A DNA stretch of 64,000 nt from positions 1,056,001 to 1,120,000 of the forward strand of contig CAVVPN010000003.1 in the NCBI GenBank assembly GCA_963750165.1. The letters are read 5' to 3'. Source of the DNA: an uncultured Gemmataceae bacterium. Its GTDB lineage: Bacteria; Planctomycetota; Planctomycetia; Gemmatales; Gemmataceae. The notes under the pieces were generated by a model that saw only the letters and a program-made list of their open reading frames with translations, ran no database searches and had not been told where the DNA came from. The position numbers were made by a program, and so were the translations under genes. Shown one piece after another: positions 41,729-50,320 of the stretch. Numbering within the stretch: position 1 is the first letter of the stretch; every line of letters begins with the position of its first letter.

Positions 41729-42810
41729 GCATGACACCCACCCAGGCCCGTGAGCGATTGGATCAGCACGTCCGCGAGACCGTGCAGTGGCACTTCAGCC
41801 CCGACACCGGCGCGCCCTTCTGGCTCGACAGAGCCAAATCGTACCGCTTCAACCCACTCAAGGACGTGCAGGGCCTCGCCGACCTGAAGCTGTTCGGCCA
41901 CTTCGAAGACGAATGGCTGCGCGGCGGTCCGATCAACCGCTGGGTGCCGAAGGGCCTGGCCGGCAAGCCGGTCTACGTCTTCGAGACCGGCGGCACCACC
42001 GGCATCCCCAAGAGCCGCATGGTCATCGAGGACCACTGGACCGACTACGAACTCTTCAGCGAATCGCTGCCGGACAAATATTTCCCGAAGGGCTCGAACT
42101 GGCTGATGCTCGGCCCGTCGGGGCCGCGGCGGCTGCGGCTGGCGGTGGAGCACCTGTGCCAGCACCGCGGCGGCATCTGCTTCTGCGTCGATCTCGACCC
42201 GCGCTGGGTGGTCAAGCTCATCAAGAAGGGCTGGATGGAGCACCTCAAGGCGTATCAGGAGCACGTCATCGACCAGGCGCTGACCGTGCTGTCCGCCAAG
42301 CACGACATCAAGTGCATGTTCACGACACCGAAGCTGCTCGACGCCCTGGCCAACCGGCTCGAACAGGATGGCAGCAGCATCGCCCAGACGGGCATCACCG
42401 GCGTCTTCTGCGGCGGCACCGAGATGACCTCGCAGTGGATCCGCTTCGCCATCGAGGAACTGCTCGGCCCGCACGTGTACATCGCGCCGACCTACGGCAA
42501 CACGCTGATGGGCCTGGCCGCCGCCGAGATGCCGACCGCCGCCGACAACTACAAGATCGCCTACTACGCTCCCGAGCCGCGCGCCGTCGTTGAGGTCGTG
42601 GACTTCGACGACTATGACAGGTTGGCCGAGTACGGCAAGGAGGGCCGCGTCCAGCTGACGACGCTGACGAAGGAGTTTTTCGTGCCGCGCTTCATGGAAC
42701 GTGACGAGGGCGTGCGCGAGCGGCCGAGCGCGAAGTATCCGTGGGACGGCGTCAGCGGCGTCAAGCCGTTCCGGGCGTTCGCGGCGACCACGACGGTCGG
42801 GGTGTATTGA
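41725..42810 (+). CDS. EhpF/LuxE-like adenylate-forming enzyme (ANL family, lacking the usual C-terminal subdomain)
   Basis: WHFSPDTGAPFWL, P-loop FETGGTTGIPK, DLDPRWV, GGTE, TYGNT, ERD and terminal GVY match motifs I recall from Pantoea EhpF. Confidence 0.75.
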   Translation: MSMTPTQARERLDQHVRETVQWHFSPDTGAPFWLDRAKSYRFNPLKDVQGLADLKLFGHFEDEWLRGGPINRWVPKGLAGKPVYVFETGGTTGIPKSRMVIEDHWTDYELFSESLPDKYFPKGSNWLMLGPSGPRRLRLAVEHLCQHRGGICFCVDLDPRWVVKLIKKGWMEHLKAYQEHVIDQALTVLSAKHDIKCMFTTPKLLDALANRLEQDGSSIAQTGITGVFCGGTEMTSQWIRFAIEELLGPHVYIAPTYGNTLMGLAAAEMPTAADNYKIAYYAPEPRAVVEVVDFDDYDRLAEYGKEGRVQLTTLTKEFFVPRFMERDEGVRERPSAKYPWDGVSGVKPFRAFAATTTVGVY

Positions 42811-42995
42811 TGACGGTGCGGGAGGTGCTGAAATTATTGCGCAAGGACGGGTGGTTTGTGGACCGTCAGCGTGGCAGCCACCGGCAGCTGCATCACCCGA
42901 CCAAACCTGGGACGGTAACGGTCGCAGGCAAACCGAGCGTTACGATCAAGAAGAAACTGGAAAAGTCGATCTTGAGACAGGCACAACTGGACTGA
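42810..42995 (+). CDS. hicA: HicA family toxin
   Basis: VLKLLRKDGW...RGSHRQL.HP.KPG.VTVAG...SILRQA. Confidence 0.9.
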   Translation: MTVREVLKLLRKDGWFVDRQRGSHRQLHHPTKPGTVTVAGKPSVTIKKKLEKSILRQAQLD

Positions 42996-43008
42996 GGGGC
43001 GAAAAGCC

Positions 43009-43332
43009 GTGCGATACCTCGTTATGATCCTGCGGACGGAGACGGGTTACAACGCCCTTGTTCCCGATCTGCCTGGCTGCGTCGCCGCCGCCAAATCCTG
43101 GAAAGGGATTGGCCGGTTGATTGCCGAAGCCATTGGCCTGCATATCGATTCGATGGAAAAACACGGAGAAAAAGTCCCCCCCCCGTCCCAGCGGATGGAG
43201 TTCGCTATCGATCACGATGAACCACTGGAAGAGTATTGTACCTGGGTAGAAGTGATTCCCGCCGAGCAAACGCTCGCCCGCTACAAAGAGTTGAAGAAGA
43301 GCAAAGAACCCACCAAGGAACCCCTCCCATGA
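43009..43332 (+). CDS. hicB: HicB family antitoxin
   Basis: Y.A.VPDLPGCVAAA...IAEAIGLHI..M..GE.VP; follows hicA. Confidence 0.88.
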   Translation: MRYLVMILRTETGYNALVPDLPGCVAAAKSWKGIGRLIAEAIGLHIDSMEKHGEKVPPPSQRMEFAIDHDEPLEEYCTWVEVIPAEQTLARYKELKKSKEPTKEPLP

Positions 43333-44762
43333 TCCACATCCCCGTGTTGCGCTGGGGCGAGCCGTACAAGAGCATGGAGATCGACAAGGTCGTACACTTC
43401 GCCACCGGCGAGGCGCTGGCCGAGACCAGCCGGGCCAACGCCGGCCTGGTGGAGCGCGACATGCGCTTCACCCGCCGTGCCCGCGAGGTGCTGCGCGAGA
43501 TCCCCATCAAGGAATTGCTGGAAAAAGCCAAGCAGGCGGCCGACCTGTACACCGACGCCGAGCTGCCGCTGGGCGACGGCACGCAGACGCCCGACCAGTT
43601 CGTGCGTATGCAGTCCGCGACCACCGGCCTGCCCGAGCACATGTGCCGCTTCAACATGAAGAAGAACCACTTCGTGCTGAGCAACATGGAGAAGGTCTTC
43701 GACAGCCTGACGCGCGGCCTCGACATGGAAATCCTGTCGCGCGGCTACGGCGTCGAGGCCCGCGGCGTGCCGATCAGCTACCAGGCGCAGACGCCCGTGC
43801 TCGGCATGGTGCTGCCGAGCAACTCGCCCGGCGTCCACACGCTCTGGCTGCCGATCATCCCGATGCAAATTGGGTTGGTGCTCAAACCGGGGCCGCAGGA
43901 ACCATGGACTCCCTACCGCATGACGCAGGCGTTCGTGCAGGCGGGCATCCCGAAACAGGCCATCGCCATCTACCCCGGCCTCGGCGACGTGGGCGCCGCG
44001 GTGCTCAACGCCTGCCCGCGCAGCCTGATCTTCGGCGGCACCGCCACGGTCGAGCAGTACAAGGGCAACCCGCGCGTGCAGGCGCACGGCCCCGGCTTCA
44101 GCAAGATTTTGCTCGGCGACGACATGGTGGATCAGTGGGAAAAATACATCGACCTGATGGTGGACAGCGTGTTGACCAACAGCGGCCGCGGTTGCATCAA
44201 CTGCAGCGGTGTCTGGGCGTCGCGGCACACGAAAGAGATCGCCCAGGCGCTGGCCGAGCGCCTGGGGCCGATCCAGCCGCTGCCGCCGGAGGACCCCAAG
44301 GCGCAGCTGGCCGCGTTCACCGTCCCGGGCCAGGCCGCCGGCGTCAACGCCGACATCGAGAAGGCGCTGCAGGACGCCGGCACCGTGGACATGACGGCGA
44401 AGTACGGCAACCGTCTGGTCGAGAAGGGCCGCTATGATTACCTGCGGCCGACGGTCATCTGGTGCGATTCGCCCGAGCGGAGCATGGCCAAGAAGGAGTA
44501 CATGTTCCCGTTCGTGACCGTGGTGGAGTGCCCGCAGGACAAAATGCTGGACGCCATCGGCCCGACGCTGGTGTGCTCGGCGATCACGGCCGACCCGAAG
44601 TTCCAGCGGGCGCTGACCGACGCGATCCACATCGACCGGCTGAACCTCGGGCCAATCCCGACAATTCAGCTGAACTGGTTGCAACCGCACGAGGGTAGCA
44701 TCGTGGATTTCCTGTTCCGCGGGCGGGCGTTCCAGTTCGACAAGGGCATGATTCGTATTTGA
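43329..44762 (+). CDS. Aldehyde dehydrogenase-fold acyl reductase (EhpG/LuxC-like)
   Basis: LPSNSPGVH, LKP..QEPWT, HGPGFSK, catalytic-Cys region NSGRGCINCS, EYMFPF and PHEG. Confidence 0.8.
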   Translation: MIHIPVLRWGEPYKSMEIDKVVHFATGEALAETSRANAGLVERDMRFTRRAREVLREIPIKELLEKAKQAADLYTDAELPLGDGTQTPDQFVRMQSATTGLPEHMCRFNMKKNHFVLSNMEKVFDSLTRGLDMEILSRGYGVEARGVPISYQAQTPVLGMVLPSNSPGVHTLWLPIIPMQIGLVLKPGPQEPWTPYRMTQAFVQAGIPKQAIAIYPGLGDVGAAVLNACPRSLIFGGTATVEQYKGNPRVQAHGPGFSKILLGDDMVDQWEKYIDLMVDSVLTNSGRGCINCSGVWASRHTKEIAQALAERLGPIQPLPPEDPKAQLAAFTVPGQAAGVNADIEKALQDAGTVDMTAKYGNRLVEKGRYDYLRPTVIWCDSPERSMAKKEYMFPFVTVVECPQDKMLDAIGPTLVCSAITADPKFQRALTDAIHIDRLNLGPIPTIQLNWLQPHEGSIVDFLFRGRAFQFDKGMIRI

Positions 44763-44766
44763 ATTG

Positions 44767-44860
44767 AGCCACAGAGGACACAGAGAACACCGAGAGAAAA
44801 TACAAGCAGCCACACACAAAATTGGTTTTTCTCTCGGTGTTCTCTGTGTCCTCTGTGGCT
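44767..44860. repeat. Perfect 34-bp inverted repeat of CACAGAG-type units (same family as 12118-12315)
   Basis: agccacagaggacacagagaacaccgagagaaaa and its exact reverse complement. Confidence 0.92.
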
Positions 44861-44913
44861 AATTTGTTACCATTTGGAGTTGACGGGCGTTCCGGGCGAG
44901 ACTGCGAAGTATC

Positions 44914-46113
44914 ATGAAGGCAACCCCTGTGACCGACAGCGTTCACGCCGGCCCCTCTCCCTGGCCGCTCCGTTCCTTTGACTTTCATTCACCGACGTGC
45001 GTCGTCTTCGGCGCCGGCACGCTGAACCGCCTCGGCGAGCTGGCCCGCGAACTGGGCGACACGCGCGTGCTGCTGGTGACCGACCCCGGTCTGGAAGAAG
45101 CCGGCCATCCGCAGCGCGCCCTGGCGTCGCTGCAGGCCGCCGGGTTGGAAGTGTTTCTGTTCGACGGCGTCGAGTGCAACCCAACCACACGGCACGTCGA
45201 GGCCGGCGTCGCCTTCGCCCGGTCACTGAACATCGATCTCATCGTCAGCGTCGGCGGCGGCAGTGCCATGGACTGCGCCAAGGGCATTAATTTCCTGCTG
45301 ACCAACGGCGGCCGCATGGCGGACTACAAGGGCTTCGGCAAGGCGGCGCGGCCGATGCTGCCGTCCATCGGCGTGCCGACCACCGCCGGCACCGGCAGCG
45401 AGGCCCAGTCCTACGCCCTGATCGCCGACGAATCGACGCACATGAAGATGGCCTGTGGCGACCGCAAGGCCGCGTTCCGCATCGCCATCCTCGACCCGGA
45501 AGTCACCGTGTCGCAGCCGGCCAAGGTGACCGCCATCACCGGCATCGACGCCGTCTCGCACGCCGTCGAGTCGTTCGTGACCGCCAAGCGCACGCCCCTG
45601 GCGCAGATGTTCGCGCGCGAGGCGTGGAAGATGCTGGAGGAGAATTTTGAAACGGTGCTGCGCGAGCCAGCCAACCTGGACGCCCGCGGGCAGATGCAGC
45701 TGGGGGCGTTCCTGGCCGGGGCCGCCATCGAGAATTCGATGCTCGGCGCCTGCCACGCCTGCGCCAACCCGCTGACGGCCCACTATGGCGTGACGCACGG
45801 CGTCGCCATCGGCGTGCTGCTGCCGCACGTGGTCCGTTTCAACGCCACCGCGGTCGGTTCGCTATACGGCGAACTGACCGAGCAGGCGGACCTGGGCGAC
45901 GGCGACGGCGCCGTGGCGGCCGAGGCGCTGGCGGAGCGGCTCGACGAACTGCTGCGCAGCGCCGAGCTACCGACGCGGCTGCGCGACTGCGGCGTCAGCG
46001 ACACGATTTTGCCGCTGCTGGCCGAGGAGGCGAACCAGCAGTGGACGGCCCGCTTCAACCCGCGGCCGGTGGTCGAGGCTGACCTGCTGAAGCTGTACCG
46101 GGCCGCGTTTTAA
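44914..46113 (+). CDS. Iron-containing alcohol dehydrogenase
   Basis: GGGSAMDCAK, PTTAGTGSE, DAVSHAVE, HACAN and HGVAIG. Confidence 0.92.
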   Translation: MKATPVTDSVHAGPSPWPLRSFDFHSPTCVVFGAGTLNRLGELARELGDTRVLLVTDPGLEEAGHPQRALASLQAAGLEVFLFDGVECNPTTRHVEAGVAFARSLNIDLIVSVGGGSAMDCAKGINFLLTNGGRMADYKGFGKAARPMLPSIGVPTTAGTGSEAQSYALIADESTHMKMACGDRKAAFRIAILDPEVTVSQPAKVTAITGIDAVSHAVESFVTAKRTPLAQMFAREAWKMLEENFETVLREPANLDARGQMQLGAFLAGAAIENSMLGACHACANPLTAHYGVTHGVAIGVLLPHVVRFNATAVGSLYGELTEQADLGDGDGAVAAEALAERLDELLRSAELPTRLRDCGVSDTILPLLAEEANQQWTARFNPRPVVEADLLKLYRAAF

Positions 46114-46125
46114 CGCACCGCGTTT

Positions 46126-46186
46126 GTCCGAGCCCGAGCGCCAGCGCGGGGCAGACTCTGCCCCGCGCTGGCGCTCGGGCTCGGAC
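46126..46186. repeat. REP-like perfect palindrome (GAGCCCGAGCGCCAGCGCGGGG family)
   Basis: 30-bp arms; related copies at 15352, 39362 and 63043. Confidence 0.9.
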
Positions 46187-46219
46187 CCCGAACAAACTGT
46201 CATCGGAGCCTGTGCCACC

Positions 46220-47338
46220 ATGAAAGCGATCCTGACCTGTGCCGCCCTCGTGCTGCTCGCGCTGCCGGTCGCGCCGGCCCAGGACAAACCGGCTCCGGGC
46301 GGCGACTGGCCGCTGTTCCGCGGCAACGCGCTGCAGACCGGCGTCACCACCGCGCGACTGCCGGACCGGCTGGAAGTTCTGTGGAAGTTCGAGACCAAGG
46401 ACGGCATCGAGTCGGCCGCGGCCATCGTCGGCGACACCGTCTACGTCGGCTCACTGGACGAGCACCTGTACGCCCTCGACCTGCGCACGGGCATGCCGAA
46501 GTGGAAGTACAAGGCCAACGGCGGCATCAAGGCGGCGCCGAGCGTGGCCGATGGCCTGGTGTTCGTTGGTGACGAGGACGGCCACTTCCACTGCGTTGAG
46601 GCCGCGACCGGTGCGAAGAAGTGGAGCTTCGAGACCGGTTCGGAGATCACGTCCGGAGCGAATTTCGCCGGCAAGAACATCCTGTTCGGCTCGCACGACT
46701 CGACGCTGTATTGCCTGGACCGCGCCGGCAAGCTGGTGTGGAAGTTCAAGACGCAGGGGCCGGTGAACGGCTCACCAGTGGTGGCCGGCAACCGGACGTT
46801 CGTGGCCGGCTGCGACAGCGCGCTGCACGTGCTGGACGTGACCAACGGCAAGGAACTGGCGTCCATCGAACTGAGTGGCCAGGCGGCGGCGACGGCGGCG
46901 GTGGTCGGCGACAAACTGTACGTCGGCAACATGGCCAACGAGGTACAGGCGCTCGACCTGAAGAAGAACGCGGTGCTGTGGAGCTACGAGCCGAAGCAGC
47001 GGTCGCAGCCGTTCTACGCCTCGGCGGCGGTGACGGACAAGCTGGTGATCGTCGGCGGCCGCGACAAGCTGGTGCATGCGCTCAGCCGCGACAAGGGCGA
47101 GCCAGTGTGGACGTACCCGACGCGCGGCCGCATCGACTGCTCGCCGGTGGTGGCCGGCGGCCGCGTCTACGTCGGCGCGCTGGACGGCAACCTGTACGTG
47201 CTGAACGCGGACCGGGGCACGGAGGTGCAGAAGCTGAGCCTGGGCCGCGGCATCGTGGCGTCGCCAGCGGTCGCGCACGGCCGGCTGGTGATCGGTAACA
47301 CGGAGGGGATGGTGTACTGCCTGGGGGCGAAAAAATGA
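46220..47338 (+). CDS. Secreted PQQ-like/BamB-like beta-propeller protein 5
   Basis: Signal peptide, DWPLFRGN and about eight regular S/AP.V....VYVG..D..LY.L....G..W blades. Confidence 0.9.
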   Translation: MKAILTCAALVLLALPVAPAQDKPAPGGDWPLFRGNALQTGVTTARLPDRLEVLWKFETKDGIESAAAIVGDTVYVGSLDEHLYALDLRTGMPKWKYKANGGIKAAPSVADGLVFVGDEDGHFHCVEAATGAKKWSFETGSEITSGANFAGKNILFGSHDSTLYCLDRAGKLVWKFKTQGPVNGSPVVAGNRTFVAGCDSALHVLDVTNGKELASIELSGQAAATAAVVGDKLYVGNMANEVQALDLKKNAVLWSYEPKQRSQPFYASAAVTDKLVIVGGRDKLVHALSRDKGEPVWTYPTRGRIDCSPVVAGGRVYVGALDGNLYVLNADRGTEVQKLSLGRGIVASPAVAHGRLVIGNTEGMVYCLGAKK

Positions 47339-48234
47339 TGTGGCGGCCGTCGCGCTCTGGGAAGACGCATCCCACACAAGGGACGAGCGCCGGCTGCTTG
47401 GGCGTCAACCGGCTGACAATCTTTGCCGTGCTTCTGCAGGTAGTGCGGGTATGCTGTGAGGCTTTCCAGTCGAAGTCTCCTGACGACGCCGCCCCGAGGA
47501 AGGCCAGTCCGGTGGCCGTCAGCGATCCGGGCTGGCCCTGGGAAGTGGTCGCCCTGATGGGGGTGGGTTTCGGTCTACTGTTGGCGGCCATGTTCCGCTT
47601 TTATCGATGGCAGGGCCGGGCACGCGAATGTGATATTTACTGGCTCGGGAAACTGGCCATCGTCCGCGACCAGATGACGTGGCCTTATCGGCACGATTGG
47701 CGCCACGGGCGGCACCTGATCCAGGCCCTGGCCGGGCCGTACCGACGCGAAGCGCGTTTATTGTCCGCGGCGCTGGAGCACGGCATCGTCGTGAACTTGC
47801 AAGACTTTCCCGCGGAGTCCACGATCGCTGACGTGGATTGGCTGGTGGGCCGCCTGTCGGAGCGCTCGGGGATGAACTTGCCGACGGCGCGCTGGGTGCT
47901 GCAATCCTGGTGCCGGTCACTCGGGAAAGGGCCGGAGCCGCCGCCCACCGTTCTGGAATTCATCGGTCGCTATGAGGCCGTTCGCCTGGCGCTGTTCCTG
48001 GTCCTTACGTTAAGCTGCCTGTTCATGGGCATCGCGTTCGGACTGACGTTCTGGATCGGGTTTCTGGCCCTCGCCGCGGCGGTCGGCCTCGGAATGCTCT
48101 TGTCGGCGGTAGGCTACCTCGGCTGGAGCCGATTTCGCCGCTGTCCTGCAATGGTCTCGGAAGAGAGCGCGGCGTCTCGCAGGGCAATGGCCGCTGACCA
48201 GCCCGGGTGCGATGCCGAGGAGTCCCATCAATGA
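47335..48234 (+). CDS. Hypothetical membrane protein
   Basis: Several TM segments flank a helical domain (REARLL.AALE.GI...RL....G.....ARW..SW); the start is uncertain. Confidence 0.55.
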   Translation: MMWRPSRSGKTHPTQGTSAGCLGVNRLTIFAVLLQVVRVCCEAFQSKSPDDAAPRKASPVAVSDPGWPWEVVALMGVGFGLLLAAMFRFYRWQGRARECDIYWLGKLAIVRDQMTWPYRHDWRHGRHLIQALAGPYRREARLLSAALEHGIVVNLQDFPAESTIADVDWLVGRLSERSGMNLPTARWVLQSWCRSLGKGPEPPPTVLEFIGRYEAVRLALFLVLTLSCLFMGIAFGLTFWIGFLALAAAVGLGMLLSAVGYLGWSRFRRCPAMVSEESAASRRAMAADQPGCDAEESHQ

Positions 48235-48677
48235 CCAGACCGAACCCCGAACCCGTGGACCCCGCGCGCGTGACGGAACTGGCCCTGGCCGTGGTGCAGG
48301 CCGACCGCTTCCCAGACCTGGCGACCATCGACGGCGACCAGCCGCGCGTCCGCCCGGTGTCGCCGGTGCGCACCGACCGCTTCACCGTCTACGTCGCCAA
48401 CCTGCGCAGCTACCACAAGACGGCCGAGGTCGCCGCCAACCCGAAGGTGGAGCTGTGCTACCTGGCGGCCAATCACGACCAGGTGCGCATCACCGGCGTC
48501 GCGGAGGTCGAGCAGGACCGGGCCGTGTTGCAGCAAATCTGGGACGACAATCCGCTGCTGCGGCAGTACCTGGGGTCGCTGGACAACCCCGAGCTGATCG
48601 TGTACCGCATCCGGCCGACGCGCGTGCGCTTCATGCGCGAGTGGGCGCTGGAGTATCATGAGGTGCCGGTGTCGTGA
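48231..48677 (+). CDS. Pyridoxamine 5'-phosphate oxidase-like FMN-binding split-barrel protein
   Basis: LATIDGDQPRVRP, K..EV.ANPKVELCY and QVRITG.A. Confidence 0.85.
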   Translation: MTRPNPEPVDPARVTELALAVVQADRFPDLATIDGDQPRVRPVSPVRTDRFTVYVANLRSYHKTAEVAANPKVELCYLAANHDQVRITGVAEVEQDRAVLQQIWDDNPLLRQYLGSLDNPELIVYRIRPTRVRFMREWALEYHEVPVS

Positions 48678-48723
48678 CGGCGGGTTGTGCAATCGGTCAA
48701 TTGCGCAATAAAGGAGGTTCGCG

Positions 48724-49014
48724 ATGCATCAGTGGCTCGTCAGCACGGTCAGCCCCGGTCAGTTCCCGACCGAGTACGCCGTCGGCGGCACCCAGCACAA
48801 CGGCAAGCCGTTCTCACTCTTCGCGCCCGCAGAGGCCGTCCAGGCCCTCTCAAGCGGGGAAGGGCAGGGGCTGATGCGCGTGGAGTTGATCGAGCGCAAG
48901 GGCGAACTCGCGCTGATCCGGTTGCCGGCGCAAACTCTGGAAAACGGGCAGTACGTCACCGTCAAGGCAACCGATCTCCAGGCGGCCCCCGCGCCGGAGA
49001 AAGCCGCCTCATGA
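48724..49014 (+). CDS. Small hypothetical beta-rich protein coupled to dcd
   Basis: Strong RBS aaggagg; ATGA overlap with dcd. Confidence 0.65.
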   Translation: MHQWLVSTVSPGQFPTEYAVGGTQHNGKPFSLFAPAEAVQALSSGEGQGLMRVELIERKGELALIRLPAQTLENGQYVTVKATDLQAAPAPEKAAS

Positions 49015-49721
49015 TCCTGTCCAACGTCGCCATTTACGAGGCACTCGACCTGGAGCGGATCGTCCTCACCCCTGAACCGTCGCCGCGCTACCTGGAGGTC
49101 GGGCAGGATTCCCCTTACGACACACACTCCGTTGATGTGCGCCTCGTTAGGTTTCTTTCGGCACCGCAGAAAGGGGCGTACAACTTCGATCTGGCACGGT
49201 TAGGCGAGCCGGGGGCCTTGACGCAAACCCTGGCCGCCAATTCCCGGCGTGTGGAAATTCCGGTAGAGGGCTTCAATCTGGAGCCGGGCTTGTTCGTGCT
49301 GGGGCAGACCGTTGAGCGTCTGCACCTGCCTATTGATGTCCCAGCGAACCGAATCCTCAAGCGCTGCCTCGCCGCTCGGTTTGAGGGCAAGAGCAGCCGC
49401 GCCCGCACGGGCCTGCTGGTTCACTTCACAGCGCCAACAATTCACCCCGGCTTTGAAGGCACGATCACGCTGGAGATGATCAACCACGGCCCGGTGGCTT
49501 TCGTCTTGCGTGCGGACATGGCGATTGGTCAATTGATCTTCGAGGAGGTGTGCGGGCTGCCCATTTCCAAACAGAGAATGAAAAGAGACGAAATGAGGCC
49601 TCTTGCCTCACCTGTACATTCTATCACATCGGCGCAGAGGTGGGAAGAGGGCGAACCGAACGATGTGCTAAAACAATGTGTAGATGAACGGAGCCGCCGC
49701 GGTCGTGGACAGGACCATTAA
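49011..49721 (+). CDS. dcd: dCTP deaminase (trimeric dUTPase fold), aberrant 3' end
   Basis: MILS, SVDVRL, L.PG.FVLGQT.E, EGKSSRAR.GL.VH.TAP.IHPGFEG.ITLE and IGQLIF; the tail after about 49560 looks non-homologous. Confidence 0.8.
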   Translation: MILSNVAIYEALDLERIVLTPEPSPRYLEVGQDSPYDTHSVDVRLVRFLSAPQKGAYNFDLARLGEPGALTQTLAANSRRVEIPVEGFNLEPGLFVLGQTVERLHLPIDVPANRILKRCLAARFEGKSSRARTGLLVHFTAPTIHPGFEGTITLEMINHGPVAFVLRADMAIGQLIFEEVCGLPISKQRMKRDEMRPLASPVHSITSAQRWEEGEPNDVLKQCVDERSRRGRGQDH

Positions 49722-49868
49722 CAGACTCAGCAGCAGCAACACGATCAGGATCGGCAGCAGCCACCATTTCTTGTTCTGCAGCAGAAAGTACCAGAAGTCG
49801 AGCAGCAGCGGCACCCGCGTCTCGTCCCGGGCCGCCTTCTCCAGATCGCTTTCGGCCTTCTCATCCAC
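49668..49868 (-). CDS. DUF5989 (SxtK-like) small membrane protein
   Basis: FW.FL..NKKWWLLPI....AAAPFIYTLF. Confidence 0.9.
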   Translation of the reverse strand: MDEKAESDLEKAARDETRVPLLLDFWYFLLQNKKWWLLPILIVLLLLSLLMVLSTTAAAPFIYTLF

Positions 49869-49889
49869 GGCAACTTCCCCGCAGCGATT

Positions 49890-50306
49890 TCACGACTGGC
49901 GAAAGTAACTGCGCACGTCCGCGGCGGCCGGTTTGGCGACCCAGTAAGTATCCTGGTCGGGGCGGTAGCGGCGAGCCAGGGCGTCACGGCCGATGAGTTT
50001 GAAGAGTAACCCCAGCGGCGTGAAGATGCAATAAAAAAGGACCGCCAGGATGAGGTGCGATGTCAACCAGCCGATCGGGTAGACAAGCACCAGCCAGCCG
50101 ACGAACACAGGCCGCAGCAGCCACGGGCAGACGGCCCCCACCACACCGACCACGCCCGCCAGCCCGAGCAGCACCAGCGGCACGACCTGCTCCGCGCCGC
50201 CGAAAAACTGCCGGACGGCCGCGGCGGTGAGCAGCAGTGCCCCGAAGGCGGCGAACCAGCGCAGGGTCGCCGGCGGCGGTCTGAAGGGAATGTCCGACCA
50301 GCGCAT
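49890..50306 (-). CDS. SxtJ family membrane protein
   Basis: LRWF..., W..L.YPIGW..S..IL..LFY.IFTPLGL..KL.GRD.L...TYW. Confidence 0.85.
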   Translation of the reverse strand: MRWSDIPFRPPPATLRWFAAFGALLLTAAAVRQFFGGAEQVVPLVLLGLAGVVGVVGAVCPWLLRPVFVGWLVLVYPIGWLTSHLILAVLFYCIFTPLGLLFKLIGRDALARRYRPDQDTYWVAKPAAADVRSYFRQS

Positions 50307-50320
50307 GGGCCCTCCAGAAA

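Noticed and set aside
41725..44762. Bioluminescence (luxCE) or phenazine biosynthesis cluster
   Set aside because: No luxAB/luxD and no phzA/B/D/E/F genes are in the window; only the activation and reduction homologs are present.
32266..47338. Calling the propellers true BamB or PQQ-dependent alcohol dehydrogenases
   Set aside because: No bam/der context, no pqq genes in the window, and no clear quinoprotein ADH catalytic motifs; only the repeat fold is supported.
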